NCBI GenBank assembly: GCA_049647085.1
Contig: JBARXA010000007.1
Location: forward strand, 47,060-111,059
From: Candidatus Humimicrobiia bacterium
GTDB taxonomy: Bacteria; Actinomycetota; Humimicrobiia; JAHJRV01
Length of the DNA stretch: 64,000 nt
Reading direction: 5' to 3'
Below, in pieces: positions 28,117-38,063 of the stretch (its first letter is position 1; every line of letters starts with the position of its first letter). A model generated the notes under the pieces. The model was not told the DNA's origin, did no database searches, and worked only from the letters and a program-made list of their open reading frames with translations. The position numbers and the translations under genes are program-made.

Positions 28117-29565
28117 TTAGTCGATGATTCCACCACCTATTAAGACATCGTCTTTATAAAATACTACAGATTGGCCAGGTGTTATAGCCCATTTAGGTTT
28201 ATCAAATATTACTTTTACTCTATCTTCACTAATTGGAATAACTAAAGCAGGTTCTAATTCATCTCGGTATCTGATTTTGGCTTTTACTTTCATTTCTGAT
28301 TCTAATTTATCAAGGTATATAAAGTTTATATCAGATGCAGTTAATTCTTTTCCCATAAGCTGTTTTGAATTTCCAACAATTAGTGTATTAGTATCTGGAA
28401 TTATCTTTTTTACATAAAGTGGTTCCTTATAAGATATTCCCAATCCCTTTCTCTGACCGATTGTGTAAAAAGGGAATCCCTTGTGTTGTCCCAATATGTT
28501 GTTATTTAAATCAACAATTGGACCAGGTTCAATTTTAATATTGAGATTTTTTTCAATAAAATTACCATAATTACCATCAGGGATGAAGCAAATATCCTGA
28601 CTTTCAATTTTACTTGCTATCTTCAGATTATTTTTTTGTGCAATATCTCTTATCTCACTTTTTTTATAATTTCCTAAAGGACAGATAATTTTTGATAATT
28701 GTTCCTGGTTTAGTTTCCAAAAAACATATGACTGGTCTTTATTTCTATCTTTGGCTCTTTTGATTATGAATTTATTAGAGCTTGAATCTTTCTCAATTGA
28801 CACGTAATGGCCCGTGGCAATTATTGGAGCCCCCAATTTTTCTGCAATGCTTATCAAAGCATTAAATTTTATATATTTATTACACATGATACAAGGATTT
28901 GGGGTTTTACCTAATAGATATTGATTACAAAAATAATCGACAACTTTTTGTTTAAAAATATTTCTTAAATCTAATGTGAAATGTGCTATATTTAATTTTC
29001 TACAAACATCCCTGGCATTCCAAATTCCTATAATTGAGCAACAAGATTTCAAGTAATATTCTTCCAGGGGAAATTCCCAGAGTCTCATTGTTGAACCAAT
29101 AACTTCATATCCCTGTTTAGTAAGAAGTAATGCTGATACGGAGCTATCAACTCCTCCACTCATAGCAACTAATACTTTGTTATCATTTTTGGGAAATATA
29201 GTTTTTATTTCATTTCTTGAGATGTAATCTCCAACTGCTCTATGAAAAGCTTCAATTGGTAGATTTATAATTTCTTTTTCTTCAGTTGGTATTATTTCTT
29301 CAAATCTTGTTCTCTCCAATTCTTTTATCAACTCTTCTATTGCGAGTTCTTTAGAAATTTTTACAGCATCTAATAGATTTGATTTCTGGGCTAAATCTCT
29401 AATTTTTACACACACTTTAGATAAAAAAGGAGATAGTGAATGAGGACTATTATAATCAAAATCTAAATCTACTATGGATGAATCTTCAATAAGAACAACA
29501 GCTTTTACATAAATTGATTTTTTAGAATCTTCTATATCTCCAACACCAAAGAAAATATTTTTCAT
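28117..29565 (-). CDS. mnmA: tRNA 2-thiouridine(34) synthase MnmA with an N-terminal extension of about 125 aa
   Basis: PP-loop VAMSGGVDSSV begins at about residue 133. NPCIMCNKYIKF, KDQSYVF and SQDICFI match the MnmA catalytic Cys motifs. Canonical MnmA starts at the PP-loop. Confidence 0.9.
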   Translation of the reverse strand: MKNIFFGVGDIEDSKKSIYVKAVVLIEDSSIVDLDFDYNSPHSLSPFLSKVCVKIRDLAQKSNLLDAVKISKELAIEELIKELERTRFEEIIPTEEKEIINLPIEAFHRAVGDYISRNEIKTIFPKNDNKVLVAMSGGVDSSVSALLLTKQGYEVIGSTMRLWEFPLEEYYLKSCCSIIGIWNARDVCRKLNIAHFTLDLRNIFKQKVVDYFCNQYLLGKTPNPCIMCNKYIKFNALISIAEKLGAPIIATGHYVSIEKDSSSNKFIIKRAKDRNKDQSYVFWKLNQEQLSKIICPLGNYKKSEIRDIAQKNNLKIASKIESQDICFIPDGNYGNFIEKNLNIKIEPGPIVDLNNNILGQHKGFPFYTIGQRKGLGISYKEPLYVKKIIPDTNTLIVGNSKQLMGKELTASDINFIYLDKLESEMKVKAKIRYRDELEPALVIPISEDRVKVIFDKPKWAITPGQSVVFYKDDVLIGGGIID

Positions 29566-29586
29566 AATTGTCTTATGAGTTAAATT

Positions 29587-32130
29587 TTATTTGTGAAAGC
29601 TCCAAAAAGATTTAATAAATTTATAAAAACTAGAGAACATTTTTTTAAGTGTTGGTAAAGAATTTAAGCTTATCAGTGCTTTGAATTTTTCTATTGGTAC
29701 AAATTTTTTCTTTATACTTTCTGAAAAATCTTTAATCAGTATTTTTGCTTGTTCCATATAATATTTATCAGGTTTTTTACCACTATATGCAGATAATAGA
29801 TATAGTTCAGTAATTTCATCTATATTTAACTCTACCTTATCTTTAACTCGCATTGCATATTCACAGCTATCTTCCCAAGATTTTTTTTGAATACCAAAAT
29901 CAGAAAGCTTATGAATTATTCTTCTATAACTAGCCTGAATATATATGTTTGGATTATTATAATTTTTATAAATATTCATATAATAACGAATGTCTTTTGA
30001 AAAAATAATAGAGCAAAAGCCTAAAAAGATAGCACCTATAATAGTAAGAATTCCGAAAATAATTTTAGATGGTTTGATTGGTTTTTTTATTGTTCCTATT
30101 CCCTCACCCTCTCCTAACTCTACATCTTCCATCAGCAACTCTTTTAGACTCTTTAATCTTCTTTCTGCTGCCTCTCCTCCTACAGGTTCCTTCTTTATTT
30201 TTTCAGCATATTCAGGTGCTTTAAAGGGTGAAGTAGGCTCAAAATTTATCCATCCATAATTGGGAAAATAGACCTCAACCCACATGTGTATATTATTCCT
30301 ATTCACATAATAAAAACTTGTTTTTGGATCAAAAGTTCCTGTTGTATAACCCACTGCTACTCTTGAAGGAATATCCAAAAGTCTACACATTAGCGCCATG
30401 GAAGCTGCATAGTGCTGGCAATAACCCCTTTTTAAATCAAATAGGAAATTTGAAATATCATAACCAGCCGGAACATCTTCCATATCAAGTGAATAATAAT
30501 AATTCCCTTTTAGATAGTCTCGTATAGCTATGACTTTATCATAGTTATTATCTATACCACTTGTTATCTCTTTTGCAAGTTGCTCAATTCTTGGGTCTAA
30601 AGGTCTGTTTTCAAATTGAAATATTTTTGTATACTTTTTTAAATCAAAATTATATAAATATATATTTCCTGCATCTCTTAACATTTCCGGTGTAGCTGTT
30701 GAAACAATAGATATAATGTCATATTCATCTCCCTTTTTAAGCAAGTCTTGTGTCATAATATTTCCGGTTTCAGATACAGAAAAATTTTTAGGATATTTAG
30801 AATCTAATTTTACTGGCATATTTATACTAAAGACATATGGGGAGATAAGCTTTTTTACTACATAACTTTGTTTGATAAATTTTATATTAGGGATATTTAG
30901 TTCTTCTAAATCTGAAATACCTCCACCTTCTAATAATATGTTAATAGCATTTTCATATAATTGAGAAGATTTTAAGAAGGTTTCAATTCTTTCTTTTAAA
31001 ATATCATCATTCACAAGAGCTTCATCTAAAAAACCTTCATATAAGATCAAAGCTTCCCCAAGTTCAAGCCCAAAAAGTATCTGCATCCCCCCTTCCTCAC
31101 CAGCATATGTTTTATTTATAAAGCTTAAATCAAAATGTGGCTCCATAAAGATCGCCCTACCTACTCCCATTGATGCATGATAATCGCTTTTATACCAGAA
31201 AGAACCGTCAGTGGTATTAAGTAAAGTTGCTCTCCAGTAACCTGGTTCAGGACTCCTTACCATAAAGACTATTTCTGGTTCAGAAAGTGTAATCTCTGAT
31301 GGAAAATCCATGTTAGGATAAAAGTATGATACCTTTCTTCGAGAAATTACATATCTTTTAAAAATGTCATATTTCCACCATTGAAATTCTGGTCTTTTTA
31401 CATGTCCTGATAACAATGTAGTTACCAGAATAGCCAATATAACAATTCCAATAGAAAACATTAATCCAATTTGGTGATGACTTTTTAAAGCAGATAAATT
31501 TAGAGATACCTTTTCAACACTTCTTCTTAAAATACCTATACCCTCAAGTTCCAGTAAAAGAATAGAAGAAAGTATGAAAAGTAAGGATATTTGATACTTC
31601 ATCCAGTTTGTACCCAGAATGCTCATAATTAAAAAAAATGGTAAAAAGATAAGTGTAGTCATTAATGGCTTTTTCCATCTAAAGGTACTCCATGATGCTA
31701 AAATGGAAATAATCCAGACAATGGGTAAAAAGAAAAGTCCTACTCCTGGAACATATCTAATAGGAGCTCGGTGACCTGAGAAAAACTTAAAAGCATAATC
31801 TAAATCTCTCCCAATTTTTTGTAGAAGGTTAAACCAGAAGCCATAACTGTTTATAAATTGATGATGTATTGGAGAATAAATTAAATAATAAATAAGAAAT
31901 ATTCCCACTACAGCAGATATTATTATTGCAAAAAATCCGTGTATCCTGGTTTTTGAAAGCAGGATTGCCAGTAAAGTTGCAATTAAAAATAGATATAAAC
32001 AAGCTATTATAAACTGGTACCAGGTAACAATCCTTCTTAAGGAAAGAATTGATGAAATTCCCAAAGCAGTGTGTACAAAGACAAGAAATATGAAATTTTT
32101 ATCTCCAAACTGCTTTAAATATTTTTTCAC
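29587..32130 (-). CDS. Transglutaminase-domain polytopic membrane protein (DUF3488/TgpA-like)
   Basis: 847 aa. N-terminal multi-TM region. Transglutaminase core GYCQHYAASMALMCRLLDIPSRVAVGY...HMWVEVYF...GWINFEPT (Cys-His-Asp/Glu triad context). One C-terminal TM segment. Confidence 0.85.
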   Translation of the reverse strand: MKKYLKQFGDKNFIFLVFVHTALGISSILSLRRIVTWYQFIIACLYLFLIATLLAILLSKTRIHGFFAIIISAVVGIFLIYYLIYSPIHHQFINSYGFWFNLLQKIGRDLDYAFKFFSGHRAPIRYVPGVGLFFLPIVWIISILASWSTFRWKKPLMTTLIFLPFFLIMSILGTNWMKYQISLLFILSSILLLELEGIGILRRSVEKVSLNLSALKSHHQIGLMFSIGIVILAILVTTLLSGHVKRPEFQWWKYDIFKRYVISRRKVSYFYPNMDFPSEITLSEPEIVFMVRSPEPGYWRATLLNTTDGSFWYKSDYHASMGVGRAIFMEPHFDLSFINKTYAGEEGGMQILFGLELGEALILYEGFLDEALVNDDILKERIETFLKSSQLYENAINILLEGGGISDLEELNIPNIKFIKQSYVVKKLISPYVFSINMPVKLDSKYPKNFSVSETGNIMTQDLLKKGDEYDIISIVSTATPEMLRDAGNIYLYNFDLKKYTKIFQFENRPLDPRIEQLAKEITSGIDNNYDKVIAIRDYLKGNYYYSLDMEDVPAGYDISNFLFDLKRGYCQHYAASMALMCRLLDIPSRVAVGYTTGTFDPKTSFYYVNRNNIHMWVEVYFPNYGWINFEPTSPFKAPEYAEKIKKEPVGGEAAERRLKSLKELLMEDVELGEGEGIGTIKKPIKPSKIIFGILTIIGAIFLGFCSIIFSKDIRYYMNIYKNYNNPNIYIQASYRRIIHKLSDFGIQKKSWEDSCEYAMRVKDKVELNIDEITELYLLSAYSGKKPDKYYMEQAKILIKDFSESIKKKFVPIEKFKALISLNSLPTLKKMFSSFYKFIKSFWSFHK

Positions 32131-32245
32131 CTCAATTTTCTCCAGTGTATAAATTTACCATATCAATATATGAAACTTATTTATCACTTTTTATTCACAT
32201 TAGGATTCGTTTTTATACATTAATATATATGGCAAGACCTGAAAA

Positions 32246-33490
32246 TTATTTCTCACTTCTTATACCCTCCAGCGAGCTTTTTATATCGCAACCCTTTCTA
32301 AGTAAACAAACTGAAATACCAGAGCCATAAATCTTAGCTAAGAATCCAGAAAGCATTGTCATTTTTTGCTTATATAAGACCTCAGACATAGGCAGGAATG
32401 TCTCGCCCTCTACCAATACCAAGGCAATTCTCATTTGGCCTCTTCTTTTTATTCTCTTGAGTTTATCAAGCCAATCTGTATTAAATGAAGTAGTTAAAAA
32501 AACAATGTTTGAACCTGTAGGAAGGGTATCTAATTCTTTGCTAATAATTATATCTGGAGATATATTTCCCGTAGGTTCACATTTGGCAAATACTTCCATT
32601 ATTCTATGATAGTTTCTGGAAGCATCATCAAAAGGAATAACATATAATCTATCACCACTTACAACAATTTTGACACGGTAATTGTTTTTTGCAAAATAAT
32701 TAACAATTGTAGCTGCAGCACTGATAAGATATTCAAAAGTAGATTCTTTACCATCTCCAAGATGAGAGCCTCTAAATCCATCTACAATAACAGCAACTCT
32801 ACTAATTGTTGCATCGTCTACTTTTCTAATCATTAGAGTCGAAGTCTTTGCTGTTGATTTCCAATGAATTTTTCTTAAGTCATCTCCGCTAACATATTCT
32901 CTGAGGGAATAGAAATCATCACCAATAGGTGAAATAAAATCACTGGATAAAGCTTCATATCCAATAAACCCTACCCCTCCTGGTGAAAATCGTGAGATAT
33001 TATAGATTTTGGGATATACAAGTATTTCCTGATAATCATCAAACAAAATATTGTTACCAGTAAGATTGAATGAATCTTGACCACTCATAGAAATTGGACC
33101 TATTTTATAGAGTCCTCTCTTATCCATATTTAACTTATATTTAATATTGAAATCTTTTTTGGAAAAATCTGTAGGAATAATAAAATTGTTAGAATTACCA
33201 AAATAGGAGGGTAATTGGTCCTTTATAATAGGTATTGAAGTAAATATAGCACCTTTATTCTCAGTATGTAAGTTTACATTTAAAATATTATCAACATAAA
33301 CTCTTTTATCTTCAACTTGCCTTTTAATAGAGAGTTTATCCCTTACCTGGATAGTAGAAAATAGAGAATATAAAAGAGTTATAAAAAAAGTGATAGAAAG
33401 AAGGAGAAATTCGTATGAACCAAAAGCTCGGGCTCCTATATAGCTTAAAATTGATAATAAAAGTATTAACCAACCTTTAAGTTTAATCAT
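32246..33490 (-). CDS. DUF58 domain protein (vWA-like, MoxR partner)
   Basis: 414 aa. Two N-terminal TM helices, then the DUF58 motif LREYVSGDDLRKIHWKSTAK. Its start abuts the moxR stop (33490/33491). Confidence 0.8.
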   Translation of the reverse strand: MIKLKGWLILLLSILSYIGARAFGSYEFLLLSITFFITLLYSLFSTIQVRDKLSIKRQVEDKRVYVDNILNVNLHTENKGAIFTSIPIIKDQLPSYFGNSNNFIIPTDFSKKDFNIKYKLNMDKRGLYKIGPISMSGQDSFNLTGNNILFDDYQEILVYPKIYNISRFSPGGVGFIGYEALSSDFISPIGDDFYSLREYVSGDDLRKIHWKSTAKTSTLMIRKVDDATISRVAVIVDGFRGSHLGDGKESTFEYLISAAATIVNYFAKNNYRVKIVVSGDRLYVIPFDDASRNYHRIMEVFAKCEPTGNISPDIIISKELDTLPTGSNIVFLTTSFNTDWLDKLKRIKRRGQMRIALVLVEGETFLPMSEVLYKQKMTMLSGFLAKIYGSGISVCLLRKGCDIKSSLEGIRSEK

Positions 33491-34468
33491 TTACTCCACC
33501 TCGGGAGCAGGTATTTTCTTTAATATTTCATTTAAAACATCGAAAGCATTTTCACCATGCATTCTGGCTTCTGGAGTTAATATAATCCTATGAGCTAATA
33601 CTAATGTTACCATCTCCTTAATATCATGAGGTATTACATAATCTCGACCTCTAATTAGTGCAAGTGCCTTTGATGTCTTTAATAGTCCCAAAGAACCTCT
33701 TGGACTTGAACCTAAATAAAGTTTGTCGTTTTTTCTTGTTTGCTCAACTATGCTTACTAGGTAATCTTTAATACTTTCATTTACAAATATAGTTTTAGTT
33801 ACTTCTATCCAGCGACTAACATCCTCACCTGTACAAACTGGAGATATATCATCTATTGCAGGATGAGTTCCATGTTTTTCTAAAATTACTAATTCATCAC
33901 TATGAGTGGGATATCCCATAGTTATATGCATGATAAACTTGTCTAACTGAGCTTCTGGTAATGGGTATGTTCCTTCATATTCAATGGGATTTTGGGTTGC
34001 TACAATTAAAAATGGTATATTTAATTTATAAGTTATACTATCTACAGTCACCTGTTTTTCTTCCATACACTCAAGAAGACTAGATTGGGTTTTTGGAGAA
34101 GCCCTGTTTATCTCATCAGCCAAGATGATATTAGCAAAAACCACCCCTTCTCTGAAATTGAAATCTTGAGTCTTTTGACTATATACAGAAACACCAGTTA
34201 TATCTGAAGGTAAAAGATCAGGTGTGAATTGAATTCTTTTAAATTTACAATCTATTGATTTTGTAAGAGACTTAGCCAACATTGTCTTTCCAACTCCAGG
34301 TACATCTTCAATAAGGACATGTCCCTCAGCAAGGAGTGCTGTTAAAATGTATTCAATTACTTTTCTTTTTCCCTCAATTACCTTCTCAATGTTTTCTATA
34401 ACATTAATTATTTCTTCCCGTGTTTTCTTTACCTTGTCTCTAACTCTTGACTCCATAAAATCCTCCAA
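33491..34468 (-). CDS. MoxR-family AAA+ ATPase
   Basis: 325 aa. Walker [10 protein letters not shown], Walker [10 protein letters not shown], the ATQNP motif and a typical MoxR C-terminal lid. Confidence 0.92.
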   Translation of the reverse strand: MEDFMESRVRDKVKKTREEIINVIENIEKVIEGKRKVIEYILTALLAEGHVLIEDVPGVGKTMLAKSLTKSIDCKFKRIQFTPDLLPSDITGVSVYSQKTQDFNFREGVVFANIILADEINRASPKTQSSLLECMEEKQVTVDSITYKLNIPFLIVATQNPIEYEGTYPLPEAQLDKFIMHITMGYPTHSDELVILEKHGTHPAIDDISPVCTGEDVSRWIEVTKTIFVNESIKDYLVSIVEQTRKNDKLYLGSSPRGSLGLLKTSKALALIRGRDYVIPHDIKEMVTLVLAHRIILTPEARMHGENAFDVLNEILKKIPAPEVE

Positions 34469-34606
34469 TCATTAAATTATTATTTCATTTCATAGTATTA
34501 ATAAGATAGATCTATATTTTACTATTTAGTAAGTATCCTCAAAGTAATTTTAACATAATGTATTTCAACTTTTTTAATTTCCTCCTTTCTCTAAAAACTT
34601 TTAAAT

Positions 34607-34775
34607 GTCATTGAGAGCTACCGAAGAGATTGCCACGTCGCTAATGCTCCTCGCAATGACAAGTAAATCTTTATTGCATCATTGCGAGATAGGTCCTGGT
34701 TGTCATTGCGAGCCACCAAAGGTGGCGTGGCAATCTCTCTCAGAGCGTGCACTTGAGCGGAGCGAAGGAATGACA
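34607..34775. repeat. Composite copy of a dispersed GTCATTGCGAGC-type palindromic repeat element (REP/MITE-like)
   Basis: Module 1 is bounded by the inverted termini GTCATTGAGAG (34607-) and CTCGCAATGAC (34650-34660). Further CATTGCGAG units lie at about 34680 and 34703. The hairpin GCCACC-AAA-GGTGGC and the terminal GGAATGACA (34767-34775) follow. The 53-bp core at 34691-34743 recurs at 40668-40720. Confidence 0.8.
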
Positions 34776-34902
34776 AACAGTAATTTTTTATTATTTATTT
34801 TAAACTTTATTTTTATAATAGGATGGATAAGTTGTTTTTATATGATAAAATTTTTATTAAGTATAAATTTTTTATTTGTAAAATTTTAGGAGTATTAATT
34901 TT

Positions 34903-35718
34903 ATGCCATGGTTACCAGAAATTGAAATATTAAAAAAGAAACTAAAAAAGGAATTTACAGGAAAGAAAATATTAAGTGTAGAGTTTTATAAAGAGAGCGA
35001 ATATTATCCACAAGTTAGATTATTAGAATATGAACTTACCAACAAACACATTCTAAATATAACAAGGAAGGGAAAGTATCTAAAAATTTCGCTTGAAGGA
35101 GGAAATAATCTAATATTAGATTTAAAGGTTACTGGAATTCTTAGATACTTTTCAGAAAAACTTTCAATAAACAGTTATACCCCCATGATTTTAGAGATTG
35201 ATAACGGATATCTCTGTCTGCAAAATCTAAGTTTAAGATATGTAAGTTCTATACCGACAATGCAACTGAAGAATAATCAAATATTTAGAAATTTAGGTAT
35301 TGATCCATTATCAAATGAATACAATATAGAAATATTTTATAAGGCAACAAACAAAAGAATTGGAATGTTAAAAACAAATCTTTTAGATCCTTCCTATATA
35401 ACTGGGTTGGGAAATTATTATGCAGATGAAATACTTTTTTTGGCAAAATTTCATCCTAAAAAAGAGATATCAAAACTTAATAGATTAGAGATAGAAGCTT
35501 TATATTCAAGTATAAATAAAGTACTAAATGAAAGTATTAATGTTGGAGGATCATCCAGAGAAGGGTTTTGTTACCTTGATGGTAGTAGGGGGAGCTTTCA
35601 AAATGATTTTAATATTTATGACAAAGAAGGAAAACCTTGTCCAATCTGTAGAAAGAATATAAAAAGAATATTCATTGGTGGTAGAGGAACATATATTTGT
35701 GAAAATTGTCAGAAATAA
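34903..35718 (+). CDS. Fpg/Nei-family (formamidopyrimidine-DNA glycosylase-like) protein with a divergent active site
   Basis: 271 aa. N-terminal MPWLPEIE, RKGKYL, H2TH GLGNYYADEILF, and the C-terminal zinc finger CPICRKNIKRIFIGGRGTYICENCQ. Confidence 0.8.
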   Translation: MPWLPEIEILKKKLKKEFTGKKILSVEFYKESEYYPQVRLLEYELTNKHILNITRKGKYLKISLEGGNNLILDLKVTGILRYFSEKLSINSYTPMILEIDNGYLCLQNLSLRYVSSIPTMQLKNNQIFRNLGIDPLSNEYNIEIFYKATNKRIGMLKTNLLDPSYITGLGNYYADEILFLAKFHPKKEISKLNRLEIEALYSSINKVLNESINVGGSSREGFCYLDGSRGSFQNDFNIYDKEGKPCPICRKNIKRIFIGGRGTYICENCQK

Positions 35719-35726
35719 ATTTAAAA

Positions 35727-37385
35727 CTAATTATCAAAATATGGGGAGAAAAATTCTGAGAGATCTTTTTCACTAACTTCTTCACATATATCAATAAATC
35801 CTGTGATATCTGCGTTTTCAAACTTATACTCTTCATAATATCTTCTTAATATCTCATACATCACTTCTTTTCCAAGATGATCTTCTAATTTAAATAGAAG
35901 CTCTGAACCTCCTTTATAAATTTCAGCACCATACTCCCCAAAATCTTCATAATCTCTTATTGTTTTACTCATCACTTTTGGTGGAACCTCTATAGAACGT
36001 GGTTTGCGATGCATAGTTGAAAAAATATTTTCTCTCTCCTCTTCACTGTATTTATTAATAAAATATTGATACGTAGAATATTCAGCAAATGCCTCATCTA
36101 ACCAGGGCTGATTAATTTCATCATTTCCAACAACTGAGTACCACCACTGGTGAGCAGTTTCATGAGCTATTACATATTCATTGCGATAGCAAGAAATCTT
36201 TTTGTCATTATAATCTGCATATTTAATTTGGCATAGTTGTGGGTACTCCATTCCACCAAAATTCATAAAGTTTTGAGCAATTGTGTAATTTTGATAAGGA
36301 TATTTTCCGAAGAGTTCACTAAAAATATCAATTGCATCTTTAGCAAAATTTAGGCTATTCTTATTTTTTTCTAAATCTTCTACTATCAAAAAAGAATAAA
36401 TATTAATATCATGATAGTTATCCTCTAATACACCATATTCCTTACTAAACATAATTGCAAAATCTCTAACTGGGTAGGCTTCATATGTATAAGTTATATA
36501 ATCATCAATTTTTTTTGTATTAATAAGTTCTCCAGTAGATGCCAAAACATAATTTTCAGGAAGTGATATTTCTACTTCGTAAATTGAACTATCACTATAA
36601 AAGGGATCTCCTATAGGGAGAAACGGGTCTTTATGCCAACCATCATCATCATAAACAGCCAGTATTGGACTCCAATTTCCCAAGGAGACAACATCTTTGT
36701 AATAACCATATCTGTCCGCATTTTTTGGAATATTCTGATAAAACTCAATAGTTATTTCTAAAATTTCATCAGGATTAATAGGCTTTTCTAAATCTATTTC
36801 ACACAAAGTCTGTTCTATCTTGTAATTAATCTCTATACCATCAACTAAAAGTTTTGTTATTTCCATTTTTCCTGGAACTATGTCTAATTCATTTAAATCC
36901 TTTCCAGTTAAATCAGTTATTATCTTAAATGAATCATCTGAATATTCATCATAAGCTCTTGGATATAGATGAAAATAAAGCTTATCTAATTTATCATCCT
37001 CAAAATTCGTATATTCTAATTGGAGTTTACATTCTAACTGCATATCCTCAGGAAGGAATTTAACCTGAACAGTGTATTCATTGAGTATATTTTTTAAAGA
37101 CTCTTTATCTTTAAAAAATTCTTTAATTTCTATGGATTCTTCAATACTATCTGTTTCCTGATCTGTCTTCTTAGTTTCCTTTTCGCTTTTTTCATAAGAA
37201 GTAATTTCAATTTTAGTTTCCCCTTCTGACGAAGTAGTTTCTATGGAAGTCTCTGATCTAGTCTTGTCTGATACAGGAAATTTTAAAATATTTCTTAATT
37301 GTCTGTAAGCAAATATTACAAAAATGCTTATCAGAATTAATATAAATATAAAAGTTATAATTTTAAAAATTCTTGATTTCATCAT
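35727..37385 (-). CDS. M1-family zinc metallopeptidase (aminopeptidase N-like), membrane-anchored
   Basis: 552 aa. N-terminal TM helix, a GGMEYP (GxMEN-like) motif, the zinc motif HETAHQWW (HExxH) and a downstream WLDEAFAEY Glu ligand. Confidence 0.8.
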   Translation of the reverse strand: MMKSRIFKIITFIFILILISIFVIFAYRQLRNILKFPVSDKTRSETSIETTSSEGETKIEITSYEKSEKETKKTDQETDSIEESIEIKEFFKDKESLKNILNEYTVQVKFLPEDMQLECKLQLEYTNFEDDKLDKLYFHLYPRAYDEYSDDSFKIITDLTGKDLNELDIVPGKMEITKLLVDGIEINYKIEQTLCEIDLEKPINPDEILEITIEFYQNIPKNADRYGYYKDVVSLGNWSPILAVYDDDGWHKDPFLPIGDPFYSDSSIYEVEISLPENYVLASTGELINTKKIDDYITYTYEAYPVRDFAIMFSKEYGVLEDNYHDINIYSFLIVEDLEKNKNSLNFAKDAIDIFSELFGKYPYQNYTIAQNFMNFGGMEYPQLCQIKYADYNDKKISCYRNEYVIAHETAHQWWYSVVGNDEINQPWLDEAFAEYSTYQYFINKYSEEERENIFSTMHRKPRSIEVPPKVMSKTIRDYEDFGEYGAEIYKGGSELLFKLEDHLGKEVMYEILRRYYEEYKFENADITGFIDICEEVSEKDLSEFFSPYFDN

Positions 37386-37456
37386 AATTTTTTATGGTTT
37401 TTTAAATTGTTTTAGAAAAAATGGTATAAGATAAAACATTTAATTTTAGGAATAAT

Positions 37457-38008
37457 TCAAAGACTAAGTTCTTTGCTTATATTCTGCATTGCTGAGAGGC
37501 CAAGTTTTACAAATTCTTCCAATTCTAATCCTATTTCTGAACATTTTTTAATTTGCTCTCTATTAGCACCTCTTGCAAAAGCCTTTTCCTTAAATCGATG
37601 GAGAACAAAGTTATGGTCAATTGAAGATAATTTTTTGTCTGGATGAATAAGAGCTGCTGCTACTATCAAACCAGTTAAAGGATCAACACAGTAAAGTGCT
37701 TTTTCAAGTAAGGTTGTTCTTTCTATTTTGTGCATATCGTTGTGAGCTCGTACAGCATTGACTAATTCATCATCTAATCCAATCTTTTTTAGCATGTCTG
37801 CTCCTACAATGCTATGCATATTAGGATCTTTTGCAGTTATTTCATAATCTATGTCGTGAAGAAGACCAGTTAATACCCATTTTTCTTCATCCTCTCCCAA
37901 ATTTTCTGCAAGACTTTTCATAATGGCTTCAACAGCAAGCATATGTTTAATAAGATTTTTGTTTTTTACATTCTCTTTAATAAGTTGATAAGCCTCTTCT
38001 CTATTCAT
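37457..38008 (-). CDS. HD/HDIG-domain metal-dependent phosphohydrolase
   Basis: 183 aa. Carries H...HDID and later H/D residues typical of small HDIG proteins. Confidence 0.75.
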   Translation of the reverse strand: MNREEAYQLIKENVKNKNLIKHMLAVEAIMKSLAENLGEDEEKWVLTGLLHDIDYEITAKDPNMHSIVGADMLKKIGLDDELVNAVRAHNDMHKIERTTLLEKALYCVDPLTGLIVAAALIHPDKKLSSIDHNFVLHRFKEKAFARGANREQIKKCSEIGLELEEFVKLGLSAMQNISKELSL

Positions 38009-38063
38009 ATCAATTTCCTTTCTAAATAGATCTTATAAAATATTTATTTTATAAGATTATATT

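Noticed and set aside
34605-34889. 94-aa ORF in the supplied track (MSLRATEEIATSLMLLAMTSKSLLHHCEIGPGCHCEPPKVAWQSL...)
   Set aside because: It is the read-through translation of the GTCATTGCGAGC repeat element followed by AT-rich spacer. The peptide is low-complexity repeat-speak, has no RBS, and the same DNA recurs non-coding at 40656-40747. I treat it as a repeat, not a CDS.
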